64,000 nt of DNA from Andalucia godoyi And28. Taxonomy: Eukaryota > Protista > Jakobida. The stretch spans positions 29,383 to 93,382 of the forward strand of contig VRVR01000036.1 in the NCBI GenBank assembly GCA_009859145.1. The letters are read 5' to 3'. The position numbers were made by a program, and so were the translations under genes. Under the pieces are notes generated by a model, which was not told where the DNA came from, ran no database searches, and saw nothing but the letters and a program-made list of their open reading frames with translations. Within the stretch, counting starts at the first letter, position 1. Every line of letters begins with the position of its first letter. Positions 37,735-50,400 of this stretch are shown here, piece after piece.

Positions 37735-39774
37735 ATGACTTCTGTTTCGAATGCATACAGCTTCACTCCAACGTCGCTCTCGCCGACTTCGCCTCCGTTG
37801 GTCCCGGCGTTTATGCACGCATCAGGAACGCCTGCACCCACGCTTGTGGGCCCGTGTGCGACTCAATCCATTCTAATGACGGCGGCACCTATCACAGCCG
37901 CAGCGCCGACGACGTCCACTGCGACGGGCATTTTGTATCACTCGCAGCGTGCGCCGCAGTCTGGGATTCCGCAGTCGACATCGACAACCTCGATTCCAAA
38001 CTCGTCGTCCACAAACTCGCTCTCCGGAGACGGGAAGCTGCAGCGGAAGCCGTCGCAGAAGTGGTCAGCCGACGAAGACGCGCGGCTTGTGGAGGCCGTC
38101 CAAATGTACAACGGGCGGCGCTGGGCAAAGATTGCGGAGATTGTCGGGTCGAAGGACAAGATTGCGTGCTACCAGCACTGGTTCCGCGTGCTCAACCCGC
38201 AGATCTCAAAGACAAAGTTCTCGGATGCAGAGTACTGCCGCCTGGGGTACCGCATCAAGCTGTATGGGACGTCAGCGTGGTGCAAGGTTGCGGAGGGGAT
38301 GTACGGACGGACGGACACGCAGTGCCGGGCGCGGTGGCTGGACATCCAGAAGGGGTCGACCCCGCTGTGGAAGACGCTGAAGAGGCTGATTCTGGGGGAG
38401 GAGTGCGAGGACTACGAGACGGTGGACAAATCGGCTGTTGTGAGTGCGGATGAGATGAAGGCGTATCTCGAGAGGGAGTTTGGAGTGCAGATCGTTGCGT
38501 CGTCAGCCGAGTTGGATGGCGGTGGCTGTGGTGGTGCCGGTGGCGGGCTGTCGGATGCAGTGATGCAGGGTGCTTCGGAAGAGCTGGCGTCGTTTGAGGC
38601 GCAGGAGAATGGGAAGATCGCAGAAGAAGTGAATGCGTGTCTCCGATCGTCGTGGAAGAGGACTCTAAAGTCTAAAGACCACGGTGGTAATGCGGGGTCC
38701 GTTTCAAATGGTGCAGCGGGAGCTGGCGGTGCTAGTATGCCTTCCGTCCCTGGGAAGCGCATGTCGGGTCCTGCTGGTGGAGTGGCTCCAGTTATTGGGA
38801 GTGGCAAGAAACTGCATGTTGGGCCATCTTTAAATTCTCGTTCGCGTCCCGGAGCGTCTTCCAGGGCGGTGCAGCCGAAAATGGACCTCTTGTCTGCGAG
38901 TGTTTCGCTTCCGTCTCTCGTTTCGGTACTTTCCAGTAGCCCAATGATGGATCCTGCAATGTTTGGGCTCATGGATAGTAGCGATGCTCCGTATCCGTTG
39001 GCGCCAAGCAATTCTTCCGCTTCGTCGGACCCGAAACAAGGTCAGGCACAGCGGCCAGCATTTGGGTCCACATTGTCGGATTCCGTGTCAAGTGGACATG
39101 TGAATTCGCAGATGTTGCAAAATCACCTTTTTCAGCATCAACAACAACAACAGCACCAGCACCAGCACCACCATTCCCACCAACAACAGCAGCAGCAGCG
39201 GCAGTATCCGACCCATGTGTCTTTCCAGTACTCCTCATCGTCTGGATCGTACATTGCTCCTTCCGTTTCGGTTCCGAATACGCTGTCAAATGTTGGAATG
39301 GTGAACGGACAGTTTGTGTCGTCCTCGTCATCATCGCTTTCCATGGGGCTTTCGTCTCTTTCTCTTGGAATGTCTTCGGAAGCAATCGAGCTGAATTCTC
39401 GTCCTGGGTATGGTAGAAATCGGCAGACTGGTAGTTCCGCACACTCCCGATCGTCGTCCATGATGGAAGAGGAAGACGAAGATCTTCTGCAGGATGCGTT
39501 GCTCCTTTCTGGCATTCCCATGGTTGCGGAGCCGTCGAACGTAATGGATGATTTCGATCCTTTGATTACCCCCGGAGGCATGCTTGAACTGATTGTTTCG
39601 TCTCCCATGGGAACTTCTGCTTTCCAATCCCCTCCGTCCCATCTCTTGTCGTCGTCGTCGTCTCGAGACATGCATCATAGTGCAGTGGGTGGAAGCACCG
39701 TTTTTGTCAACCCTCCGACTCCACTAACTGTTGGGGTTGGATCCGACTTTGACGAGTGGATGCGAGAAGATTAG
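37735..39774 (+). CDS. Two-repeat Myb protein, subfamily A (copy 2), ~679 aa
   Basis: KWSADEDARL...KDKIACYQHWFRVLNP...GRTDTQCRARW, followed by a Gln/Ser-rich C-terminal region. Confidence 0.92.
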   Translation: MTSVSNAYSFTPTSLSPTSPPLVPAFMHASGTPAPTLVGPCATQSILMTAAPITAAAPTTSTATGILYHSQRAPQSGIPQSTSTTSIPNSSSTNSLSGDGKLQRKPSQKWSADEDARLVEAVQMYNGRRWAKIAEIVGSKDKIACYQHWFRVLNPQISKTKFSDAEYCRLGYRIKLYGTSAWCKVAEGMYGRTDTQCRARWLDIQKGSTPLWKTLKRLILGEECEDYETVDKSAVVSADEMKAYLEREFGVQIVASSAELDGGGCGGAGGGLSDAVMQGASEELASFEAQENGKIAEEVNACLRSSWKRTLKSKDHGGNAGSVSNGAAGAGGASMPSVPGKRMSGPAGGVAPVIGSGKKLHVGPSLNSRSRPGASSRAVQPKMDLLSASVSLPSLVSVLSSSPMMDPAMFGLMDSSDAPYPLAPSNSSASSDPKQGQAQRPAFGSTLSDSVSSGHVNSQMLQNHLFQHQQQQQHQHQHHHSHQQQQQQRQYPTHVSFQYSSSSGSYIAPSVSVPNTLSNVGMVNGQFVSSSSSSLSMGLSSLSLGMSSEAIELNSRPGYGRNRQTGSSAHSRSSSMMEEEDEDLLQDALLLSGIPMVAEPSNVMDDFDPLITPGGMLELIVSSPMGTSAFQSPPSHLLSSSSSRDMHHSAVGGSTVFVNPPTPLTVGVGSDFDEWMRED

Positions 39775-40627
39775 TTGCGCCCCACCTGCCATTCCAATTT
39801 TCGTGGACGGGCAGTGTTTGCCTACCTACCTGCCTGCCTGTCTGTCTGTCTGTCTGTCTTGTTTGTTTTTTGCAGCAAGTGCTACCCTCCATAGCCAAAC
39901 CTCGCCAGATCCATGTCGCTCGCCCAACAAAGCTGTAGCCATGGGAAGTTTGGGGGGTGGAGAAGAGTAGTATCTCTGTTTTTGTCCGTGTTTGAACGAC
40001 TTGAAGTACGAAGCAGTAGTTTAATAATAGAATACCGCTGCCACTTATTGCGATATGATGAAGCAATCTAAAGCGCACGTAAAAACAAAAAAACAAAACA
40101 AAAAAAAACACTGCCACGCGCCATGCGCATGCGTTTGCTATCTTGACAAAAACTCCGTCACACGATGCCCCGATTCGTTTCGCCTCCCATTTTGATCGTG
40201 AAGTCCCTGTATAAATACGCCACCGCGTTGCATTATGCATGTTGTTGGGTTGCAACATTGATTATGGGTGATCAGCGATGATTATCCATGATTAGCGTAC
40301 AATGTAAGCGTACAAATCATGAATCACCTATGCACACGTACTTGGAGCCCCGCCCATTCCAGCCGCACGCATCAAAAGGCATCGCATCTCCTGTAGTCGA
40401 GTTCTTTTTCAGTTTTCCTTTGAAACATTTCGATTTTTGGAGCGAATGTTTTTTCATTTAATGTTGCATATGTATATATATATATATATAAACTCTTCGT
40501 CTCTTTAACACTTTCCTTTTTTTAATTTTAATTTTTAATCTTCTTTTTTTTATAATTAAAGATTGTTTTTATTTCAAAATATTGATATTCGTGAATTTTG
40601 CAGTAACTGGATTACTTGTTGTGTGCA

Positions 40628-42592
40628 ATGTCGAAAACGAAGTCGCTTGCTCCAAAGAAGCGTGACCAAAAGATTGTGTTAGAGGAAGCTGATGCTGGCG
40701 ACCATGCGCTAGACCATCTTGGCGTCGCTGCGATGTCTTCCAAAACGAGCATTAAAGATCTGAGGAAAAAGTCTGTGCCATCCAGCAAGAAGCGCCCTGC
40801 ACCTGAGCCTGAAGCCGAGTTGGATGATGAAGAATTGTCGTACTCGGATGATGATCATGATCATGATCATGACAGAGAAGAAGAAGATGGTGATGATGAT
40901 GATGAAGAAGAAGAAGAAGAAGAAGAAGAGAGGCTGAAAAGCAAGGCGATTGTGAAAAAGAATGGAAAAGCAGAGAGCGGTGAGGGAAAATCAAAGCCCA
41001 AGTCAAAGGCAACAGATGGGGAGCAGAAGCCTGATAGGAAAACGGTTGCTCGAGCGGGGAAGAAGCATGCTTCGTTGATGGATCAGTGCCGACGAATCTG
41101 GGAATCGGCGAGACCCGAGTCCGTGGATGCAGAGACGCGCGCAGCGTACGTGGAGCAGCTGTTTTCTCTTGTGGATGGCGTTGTTGTTGAGATTTTGCTG
41201 AAGCACGATGGCGCACGGATGTTGCAGTTTTTGCTCAAGCACGGCACTGCAGAGATGCGGTCGTCGATTGTGAAGGTTCTTGATGAGCAAACACTTGTAT
41301 TGGCTGCCAAGTCGAACTATGGGCGTTTCTTTGTCAAGAAGGCCTTCAAGTATGCAGACAAGCAAGGGAAAGCTATGCTGATGGAGCGAATTCAGTCGCA
41401 TATCGCGGATCTCGCGAGACATGCACACGGAATTCAGGTCATTGAATATCTGTGGAACTTCATTATGACTCCTGCACAAAAAAAGAAGGAAAGCTGCTTG
41501 AAGTCGTTCTTTGGATCGAATCTCGAGATGGTGTCAGAAGGAACCCAGTATAAGAACTTGAGCGAGGTGGTTCGACAGTTGGTGGACAAGGAACTCATCG
41601 ATCTCATGCTGGTCCAGCACTTGCTGCGACTGGTCTTTGAATCCGCCCAGGTCCCCGAGTCGACCAAGAAGGATTTCGCTACGACATTATCCGAAGCCCT
41701 GGTTCATATTGTTCATACTCTCGATGGAATGGTGGTTGCGCTCCATGTCATCTCGTATCTGCAAGCCAAGGAACGAAAGGCTGTGCTCAAGTCGCTCAAG
41801 GACCATATCGCAGCAGTTGCAAAGGACGAGTTCGGGTATCTTGTGCTTGTCTATTGCATGCATGCCGTCGACGATACGGTGCTGGTGGCAAAGAACATTC
41901 TTGCACCATATGCCGAAAAGCTCGAGGAGCTTGCAACCCACAAATCGGCTCGACGTGTGCTTCTTGCGGCTCTCTCGGAAGAACAGCACATTACTCGACA
42001 CATTCCCAAGGTCCACTGGGATTTCGTGAATGCGTGCTACCGACCGGACACCTCCAAGAAGGACCGGCCTGTCCGAAAGGCTGAAATCCAGCGCGCAGCG
42101 ATTCTTGAGTGCAAAGACCGCATCACCTCGGAGATTGCCGATTCCTGGGTCGCCAATGTTCCTGCGTTGGTTTCGGAGTGGGCATTTGGCTGCACGGTTG
42201 CTGCGAGAAAAGATGAAGCAAAGGACGAGCAAGCAAAGGGGGCTTTCCTGTCATCATTGGAAGCACTTGCGGAAGCGCTTGTCAAGCGAATGGCCCCCGC
42301 AACCGACGAATCCGGTGCGGTGGTTGCCATGTCCCCGGATGTATCGCGAACTGCAAGAAATGCCTGCAAATGCTCTGCAGACTTTGCCAGAACACTGCTC
42401 GCCGCAATCCGCACGTCCGCAGCTGGTGTCACTCTCACCGATCTTGCAACCCGCGACAAGTCGTCTGCCTACGTTGTTGTTGGACTTGTGCAACGTGAAG
42501 AACTCCGTGCGGCCGTGGTGAAGGAACTCGCCAAGGTCAAGCGCAACAAGATTCCAAACGACATTCTGCAACAAGAGCTTGCAGAAAAGTAG
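40628..42592 (+). CDS. PUF6: Pumilio-family nucleolar protein Puf6/PUM3, ~654 aa
   Basis: Acidic/basic N-terminus, KHDGARMLQFLLKHG, LVHIVHTLDG, DEFGYLVL...DDTVLV, C-terminal CPL-like region (DTSKKD). Confidence 0.85.
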   Translation: MSKTKSLAPKKRDQKIVLEEADAGDHALDHLGVAAMSSKTSIKDLRKKSVPSSKKRPAPEPEAELDDEELSYSDDDHDHDHDREEEDGDDDDEEEEEEEEERLKSKAIVKKNGKAESGEGKSKPKSKATDGEQKPDRKTVARAGKKHASLMDQCRRIWESARPESVDAETRAAYVEQLFSLVDGVVVEILLKHDGARMLQFLLKHGTAEMRSSIVKVLDEQTLVLAAKSNYGRFFVKKAFKYADKQGKAMLMERIQSHIADLARHAHGIQVIEYLWNFIMTPAQKKKESCLKSFFGSNLEMVSEGTQYKNLSEVVRQLVDKELIDLMLVQHLLRLVFESAQVPESTKKDFATTLSEALVHIVHTLDGMVVALHVISYLQAKERKAVLKSLKDHIAAVAKDEFGYLVLVYCMHAVDDTVLVAKNILAPYAEKLEELATHKSARRVLLAALSEEQHITRHIPKVHWDFVNACYRPDTSKKDRPVRKAEIQRAAILECKDRITSEIADSWVANVPALVSEWAFGCTVAARKDEAKDEQAKGAFLSSLEALAEALVKRMAPATDESGAVVAMSPDVSRTARNACKCSADFARTLLAAIRTSAAGVTLTDLATRDKSSAYVVVGLVQREELRAAVVKELAKVKRNKIPNDILQQELAEK

Positions 42593-42791
42593 GAATTAAA
42601 AAAAATAATAAAATCACTCTCTTTATCTTCGATTCTCGTTGTGTTTCTCTTGAATTTTTTATTAATTTATTTAAACTGCAATATTGCGTGTTGTTATTTT
42701 CCGCCATGGTCAGTGTCACCCTTATTATAATTCTTTTTCTGTTTTTGTTTTTGTACACTCAAAAAATGCATGGTAATCGCTGCTTTGCCGA

Positions 42792-43475
42792 TTAGTAACG
42801 GCCGCGTCTCCTTTTGTACAGCGGCGATGAGATCTGCGCGCCTCTTACTCCGACTTCATAGCGTATCGACGCTGCCCCAAAACCGTCGTCTGAGCTGTAC
42901 GACGAGCTGATGGGTCTTGTTTCGTCTTGCTCCTCTTCCTGCTCTGAATCGACGCTGTACTCGGTCTGTCGGTCCGAAATGTACAGTGCCCCTGCGCTCC
43001 CAGACACGCTGAGTCTCTGAATCTTGCTCATGATGAGGTCGGCAGCCGGCAGGCCAACCGCAGCACACGACGGCAACAGCCCGTTTCCACTGTACACCCT
43101 ATGCACCGACGGAAACTCCAAGCCAGTCCTCATTTCGCTTCGCTTGTCATTGCCGGTTTCACTGTCATTCTCATTGTCGCTGTTGCCATCACTTCGACCG
43201 CTGCTGGTGTCCACGCTCGGACGAGCATACTGACCAGACCTCCTCGTTGGCCGAACAGTCCCTCGCTCAAAACTGCTGTTGTTGCTACTGTTGCTACTGT
43301 TGCTGTTAATATTAGTGGAAGCAGCGAAATCAGCGAGTGTGCTGTCGTCAGTGGAGCGTGTTCGTTTGCGCTTGAGCAAGTGAACTGCAGGCGGCATTAC
43401 AAACGCCGGTCGGGCAGCCACAAGCGGAATGTAGCGTACTGGCCGCCTACCCCGGTACTCGTTATTGTCCATCAT
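42792..43475 (-). CDS. Hypothetical Ser/Arg-rich protein (~227 aa)
   Basis: GC-rich ORF between AT-rich spacers, with basic NLS-like clusters (LKRKRTR, LYKRRRGRY); no domain recognised. Confidence 0.55.
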   Translation of the reverse strand: MMDNNEYRGRRPVRYIPLVAARPAFVMPPAVHLLKRKRTRSTDDSTLADFAASTNINSNSSNSSNNSSFERGTVRPTRRSGQYARPSVDTSSGRSDGNSDNENDSETGNDKRSEMRTGLEFPSVHRVYSGNGLLPSCAAVGLPAADLIMSKIQRLSVSGSAGALYISDRQTEYSVDSEQEEEQDETRPISSSYSSDDGFGAASIRYEVGVRGAQISSPLYKRRRGRY

Positions 43476-44473
43476 TGCTTCTCTGTTACTTGTCACGTTG
43501 GGAATTTTTTTTTTCTGTACGAAAACAGAACACAAAGAGGAATAAGGAGAAGAAGAGAGAGAAATAAGGTGGAGAGTGAAAGAATGAAAAAATTTAAATT
43601 AATACTCTATATATATATACATGTTATTTTAAACAGAGATTTTTTTATTTTTAAATAAACGTTGCAAAGATAGAATAACATCGAGTATTATGTAATTTTA
43701 ATACTCATTTGTGTGTGCGTTTTTGCACCCGGAATAGACAGACTTCTACAAATAGAAATTTGTTTATTTTAGAAAAATGGATTTCATTTTCTATTTTTGA
43801 TAGCGGGAAGCGGGCAGTAATTGCTGGTTGACGCTGCATGAAGTGAGAAATTCCCGCTGCAGCCCAAGCAAGAAAAGCTTCCTTCTGCAGGCACAAATCA
43901 GTGAAGAAGAGACGCTGAAGAAGCGTGACAGCAGCAATTTCCCCCCCGCTATTTTATTATTTATTTTATTATTATTATTCTTGGCAGAAGGCCATCTGTC
44001 ATTAGTTCCCAAGTGTCCCAGACAACACACGGGGTTCTTCCAAATGCAGATATCGTCGGGAAATTTGGCAGGCATCGGACACCTCAAACTCCCGAAACAA
44101 GCAGAAGCCCCGCGACATCCCATGAGGCTGCCATTTCCCGAACATGTTCGCCGATTTACGTCGGGAATCGGCAGTAGCAATCTTCCTTGTATGGACTGTC
44201 TCGTACGTTTCGTACGGCGCCTTATTTGCATACGACCACACCGACTTGCTGCTTGGGAATTACTTGGTCTGCTCCCGCGCTTCCTCTCTCCTCCTTCCCA
44301 CTCCTTCCTGTGATTCCTTTCCCTCCCTGGTACGCAAACGAAAAATCATTTGTCGTCATGGAAAGCTGGCAGCGTAAGGGAACTCAGTCGCCATCCTTGT
44401 CCCTGCCACTGTCCTCGTCATCAGCGGCGTTTTTTTTTTGGGTCTAACACTAGTACAGGCTTTTCCGTTTGCG

Positions 44474-45312
44474 ATGCATCATCAAAAAGGCAGCAGTACC
44501 GCTGTGCATGGGCGATCGTCTGTGCGCTGGACTCCAGAAGACGATGCGAGGCTGCGGGAAGCGATCGCCACGTACGGGGCTCAGGGAAACTGGCCTCAAA
44601 AGGCGAGGTATGTGGGCAAGAACCTTTCTGCGGATCAGGTGTACCAACATTGGCATCGCGTGCTGTGCTGCACTTCGGAGCCAATGTCGGATGCCCAGTC
44701 GGCGGCGGTGTTGGTGATGCTTGTCCATCTGAAAAGGCTGTGGTTCTGGGCTGATATTGGACGGGTCTTGGGAACGATGTTTGGAAACAGACGGTCCGGA
44801 ACGCAGATCCGATCTCGCTTCGTCTCGCTCGCCAGCAAATTCCCCACCACCGCCACCTCTGCCTCTGCCTCTGCCTCCGTCTCCAGCGCAAATTCCAACT
44901 CGCATTCAGGCACTGGTTCTGATTCCGCGTGTCGCCAGGATGCATGCGGGACTGCTGGAGTGGGGGGAAGCGAGGCAGATGTGCTATGTGAATGGGAAGC
45001 TGAGTTCGACAAGCGAAGAGGGACGGTAGAAACGAACAGAGAGAACACAGGAGCGATGAACTCGATCGCACGTCGCATTCGGAGATTGGCAGAGACTACC
45101 AATCATGATGAGAATGCAAAGGTCAAGGATACGGCGACGGAGAAGGAGAAGGAGAGGAAAGGGAAGAGGAGGAGCGAACTTGAATGGCATGTGATGCGGG
45201 CTGCTGTGGAAAGGAAGGCTGTGGAACGGTGGCTGAGTTCCGAGATGGTGCAAAGGCTTGCTGCCGAGGCACGATCAGTCCAATTTGCCCGAAGCAAGAA
45301 GGCCGTTTCCAT

Positions 45313-45345
<33 letters not shown>

Positions 45346-45682
45346 GACCGAGCCCCTGCCGTATGCAGACAGCTGGGAAACGGACAACAAAGCAGGGGGC
45401 TTGCTAGGAGAGGCGAGCCAGCGGAAGTGCGGCTGCTGCTATCCCGAGATTCTCAGCCCACCAATGACAGAGCACAATCCGAACGGCGCCCACTCAGCAC
45501 TGCATTGGAAGCGAGAGCGGCTTGAAGATGCGGTGGATTGGACGTGCCCGCACGTTGAGATCGTTCCGACAGTGCTGAAAAACGTCGTGCTGTTGCTACG
45601 CAGTCCGGCCCCGCAGCAAGACCAAGTACACGAGGACGCCCTGCGATGCAATGCAGAGTGTACGGATAGCCTGTCTTTCTAG
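44474..45682 (+). CDS. Two-repeat Myb protein, subfamily B (copy 1), ~402 aa
   Basis: RWTPEDDARLREAI...NWPQKA...SADQVYQHWHRVLCC...WADIGRVL...RSGTQIRSRF. Confidence 0.85.
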
Positions 45683-46149
45683 CAGAGTGCTGCTGTCTTT
45701 TTCTTCCTCTTTTAAAAAGTAATATGATTATCGCCTTTTTTTATATCAATACTGTTGAGAACTTCTCTCTCTCTCTCTCTCTCTCTCCAGTCGTGTACGG
45801 ACGTGCAGGATTTTCAAGCGCTTTTTTTTTTTGATGGTGCCATCTTCATGATTCGACGTTGAGATCAAGAAGGATGCTCTGTTCTTGACTAAAACTTTAA
45901 TTGTTACTTCTGGGCGAGTGCAAATGCTTCAAAGAGAAAGGGAAAGGGCAAGAGAGAGCAGGACAGGATGCAGAACAAGGAAGATTCTCCGTCGGTGCAG
46001 GAAAAGTGGAAATGCAAGAAGACACCCAAGCGAGCACAGAGCAACTCCCGGAGTCTGCTGATCAGAAACCGCTACGTAGCCGCGCAGTCACCCTGCTTGG
46101 ACCGGTTCCATCTGACGCCCCCGTTTGGCGTGTTTCAACCCGCCCCGAA

Positions 46150-46320
46150 CTCGCTCTTCTGCTGAGGCTTTGCCACTGTGCCCACATGCTCTGGATGTTT
46201 CATTCCACAGTCGACTTACATGCAACCTGCAGCAGTTGGAAGGGCGCGAGGAGACAAGGGCGCCCGAGCAGCGCACGTCAGCTGGGGCGCGAATTGGAAC
46301 GGAGCGGCTCCCGGACCGTG
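46150..46320 (+). pseudogene. Heavily degraded Fanzor/TnpB relic (C-terminal part)
   Basis: LLRLCH...VDLHATCSSW...RPSSARQLGR, then frameshift to WNGA. The spacing matches CxxCGxxxDRDWNGA, and GAACGGAGCG is identical to the 11.3-kb relic. Confidence 0.5.
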
Positions 46321-47444
46321 CAAGCACGGCTGCAGTACGCCGTTGAGTAAAGCAGCTCCTGCGAGCACCCTCCAGCCGCTACTGGCCAATTGGAGGTGGG
46401 GCAGCATCCACTTTCCGCGAGTCAGACTGACATTCCGCACCATCCTCGGCGTCTTTTCTCCAAAATCAAATTCGGGATGGGGACGGTTCTGCCTGGACCG
46501 GCAACTTGACGACAAGCCGCTGATGCGTCCAAAAGGAGTGTTGTCTCAGCATTTCCGGTGTTTGGCCGAAAACCACCGCCGCTCTGGAAGCCCACCCCCT
46601 CGTGATCATCCGGGTCTGCTCATACGGAGCCTAGTCGGCTCGAACACAAGTTGAACCGTCTCGCGCATCAAACAAAAAGAAAAAGAAATTCTCCATAGCA
46701 GCAGCATCGCACCAAACGAGCAGGATCCATTCTGTGCAGCTGGGGGAGGGTCAATCGAGCGACGGAGGACGAGGAGGAATCCAAAAACAAGAATTCAAAA
46801 ATAAAAAACAGGCTGGGTCGCAGGCACACAAAAGCAGCCAACAAGTCAACAAACAACTTCTACACCTTGTACTGGATTGTGGATTGTGCGCGTTCTGCGT
46901 AGTGGGTACCGAGTTGTGGAACCCCATCTCCGAAGTTCTCCGGGGGGTGAACCGGGGGAGGAGACTGTAACTCTTGTGTGACTTTTTTCTCTCCACCGTG
47001 CCCCCGTCCACTTCTCTTCCCTGCTCTCTTCGCCCCCTTCCTCTTCCGAATCCGTTCCTCCCTCCAGCTGCAGTCACCACCACCCACCACCACCAAACTG
47101 GTTACTGGATTGAGGATTCTCTTTGCAAGACACGGGGGAAGCGCCGTCGGATGTTGACTACGGACTGCTTTTGCTTCCCCCCCGCTGCATGATGAATTAA
47201 ATTCATATATATATATATATGTATATGTATAATATGTTGGCAAGTATGACGAGAGGGGAGGAAAAACAGCAGAGTCAAATAAATAATAAATAGATGAATA
47301 TGAATATATCTGTACATGCACACACATACACATTTGTAAATGGTTGCAATAATGTAAAGAAGCTGTATCTTACAATAAGAAAAACCGTGAAAAACGCAGA
47401 TCACGCCATCCCACCATAATACACAGTTGGCCGCCCCTGAATAC

Positions 47445-50400
47445 TTACTTTGCGGCCATGAAATAACGATCCTTGGCAAACTGATAGACGGGCGTTTCGC
47501 GGATGGATGCGATCCAGTCTCGGATATTTTCAAGGCCACGGAGCTTCTGCTCGGCCACCTGTCTCTGCAACATTGCTTCTTCCGCAGCATAGTCATCACC
47601 GCCGCCGTGTGCATGGCTGTGGGCATTCACCGGATTGTGCGTCTGTGCAAGCGCCCCGCCGGCAGCATATGCAGCGTGCTGCTGCTGTTGCTGATGGCGC
47701 GGCTGTGCAGAGTGCACGATTGGAATCGAAGGATGCAAAGGAGGCTGCGGAGAAAACGAATGCACCATGGGCATTTGCTGCGAAACGTGCTGCATGCTGA
47801 TTGGGACAGCGACCATTTGCTGCTGCTGGTAATGCTGTGGCTGTGGCTGCGGCATGAAATACGGAGGCCACTTATCGCTTGGAGTGACCACGGCTTGCGG
47901 GGACATGAGAATGCGAGTCACGTCGCCGGACGATCCGTTGCAGCCGTTGTTGTTGTATCCACATGACGGAGTCGGCGTTGGCGTCGGCGGAATCGACATC
48001 GAAAGCGCCATTGCCGGAATCGAATACGAGTATTGCGACGCGTTGAGTGCACCACCTGAAATCTGCGAAACGGAGCTCGCTGCAGACATCAAAGACGACG
48101 AAACCGGACGCAGCAAGTGGTGCTGCGGCAAATGCAGCTGCTGATGTGGTTGCACATGTTGGACCTGTGATTGAAATTGCGACTGATGCATCTGCAGGAG
48201 AGACGATGACGGCGACGGAGATGGAATCTGTTGCATCTGCAACTGTTGCTGGATCTGCTGTTGCTGCACGAAAAGCAAATACATCGCGACCGCAGCAGGA
48301 TCAACGGCTGGTGATGGAACGTTAGGCATGCTCGTCGAAACTGTAGGCATCGGCACGCCCCCAACACCAACAGGAGCACTATCACCAACGTCAGGACGAT
48401 CAGCGGGACTGCCACACGAATGCGACGTGGTTTCATCTGGTCGTCGGGAAGCATGAACCACGTCCAAATGCGCAGTCGGACTCTCGGGTTTACAAGCGCT
48501 ATTCACACTTCCGCTGGTAACACTTCCGCAACTGCGACCTTCTCGATTTGCATGTTTTTGGTCAAGGACTTCTTCGCCGCGAATATCATCGAGAAGGTTG
48601 TGGTGCTCCTGTGCAACGTCATCCACGATTCCCACAGAAGAAGAAGAAGAAGAAGAAGATACCGGGGAAAGTGGCATCGCGTTCGGATCCACCGCGACAT
48701 CCAACCTCATGCCACCCGCATCCGCATCCGCATCCGCATCCGCATCCGAATGAACACGATCCATCTTCGAGGACTCCCCCTCTGCACACCGACTCTCAAC
48801 AACGCCCATTGCACCAGCACGCTCATCAAGTCCCGACTCCAACTCGACCGCATCGCCATTATCATCACGGCCAAGGTGGGCAGGCCGAGCATCCTCTGGA
48901 ATGCTCTTGCTAACGCCAAAATCACACGGCGTATCGCCAGTCTCCTTCACAGCAAGAGAGGATGGTGCAGAAACAGAAAGGGAGACAGACGGAAACATGC
49001 TCACGTCTTCGCGATCAGCATGAGACACCTTGGGCCTATCCAAGTCCTGCAATCCTTGATCCCTCGTGTCAACCGGCTCTTCTTCGATTTCGGTCGCTTT
49101 GGACGGCCCGGTGCTGGCAGGCTCGAACCCAAATCGATTCCACAAAACGGACAGCAACCTTGTTTCGGAATTTCCGGCATCGAGCAATGCAATCATGAAA
49201 GCCTTGTCAAGTGCCCTCTTCTTGCTCAATCCGCACTCGCACCCGTGCAGCGCAGACAATTCATCGTCTCGGTCCTTTGCAGCCGCGTGCACTGCATTGG
49301 ACTTTTGCTGCTTTTGAACGACGTTTCCAGATCCAGTCTGGAACGAGGGAACCTTCAATGAAGCTGACGGTTGCGACGCTCCCGCCACGACGGCCGGCGG
49401 ACACAAATTAAACATTCCGTCAGTCATCTGCATTTGCGACTGCGGGTTTGGCATTGGTGAAAATGATTCTTCGACGGACGACGCACATTCCGTTGAGGAA
49501 ACAAACATGAACAAGTCGGAAGGGGATGGGGGGTGTGTGATCGCGGAAGAATGCGACATTGCACACGACGACTCGGTCGACAAAGGATTATTCGCATGCA
49601 GTGCGTCCCAGTCCATTACGGTATCCAAAAACTGGCCATGAGTCTGGATCACTGTCGATGCATTTGCGGTATACCCGTCTGTGCCTCCATTGGCAATCGC
49701 ATTCGTTGCCGAATTCCAAACAGCATTGACGCCGGGAGCAGTCGAATTCGGAGCGCCGGGAGCATTCGCAGGTGTTGCTGAATGTCCAAATGGCGAAAAC
49801 GATGCTGGGGAAGCTCCCGATCCGGCGAGTCGCGGCAACTTTCGCACAGGCGACGTGGGCCTCTGTGTGTCTTCCTCGCCTTGCCCGCTTCCGTGTCCTT
49901 GTCCGTCGCGATCCCCGGCAGTCGACACACCTACGCCTAAGCCGACATTCGGTGGATTCAAATGGCGTCTCGCTTGCACGGCCTGGTAATACGCAGAATG
50001 TACAATCCCGTCTCTATTGCTGGAGGAAGTGCTGGCAGTGGAGGTGTTTGTCGTTGTGGCGGTCGAGGACGACCCCGACAAAGCAGACGAAGAGGATGAC
50101 GAAGAGGATGACGAAAAGGAGGAGGAAGATGAGGAGGAAGTGCGGGCATTGCATACTGGGCACTTGGCGGTTGGCGCACAAAGCATCACAAGTCGAGCAT
50201 AGCATTCAATTGGCCTTGTTTTGACACCAGCAAGCACCGCAAGTCCCTCCGCGACTCTTTTCCATGCGTCAAGTGCTTCTCCGTGCACACTCCCAACACT
50301 CCATGAACGACTGTTCTCGAAACTGTTCTTCGACGTCACAGAACAAGAAAAAGAAGAAGAAGAAGATGATGATGATGAAGAAGAAGAAGAAGAAGGATGT

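Noticed and set aside
40055-40130. Box C-like ATGATGA as a possible C/D snoRNA
   Set aside because: No box D (CTGA) or terminal stem at a suitable distance.
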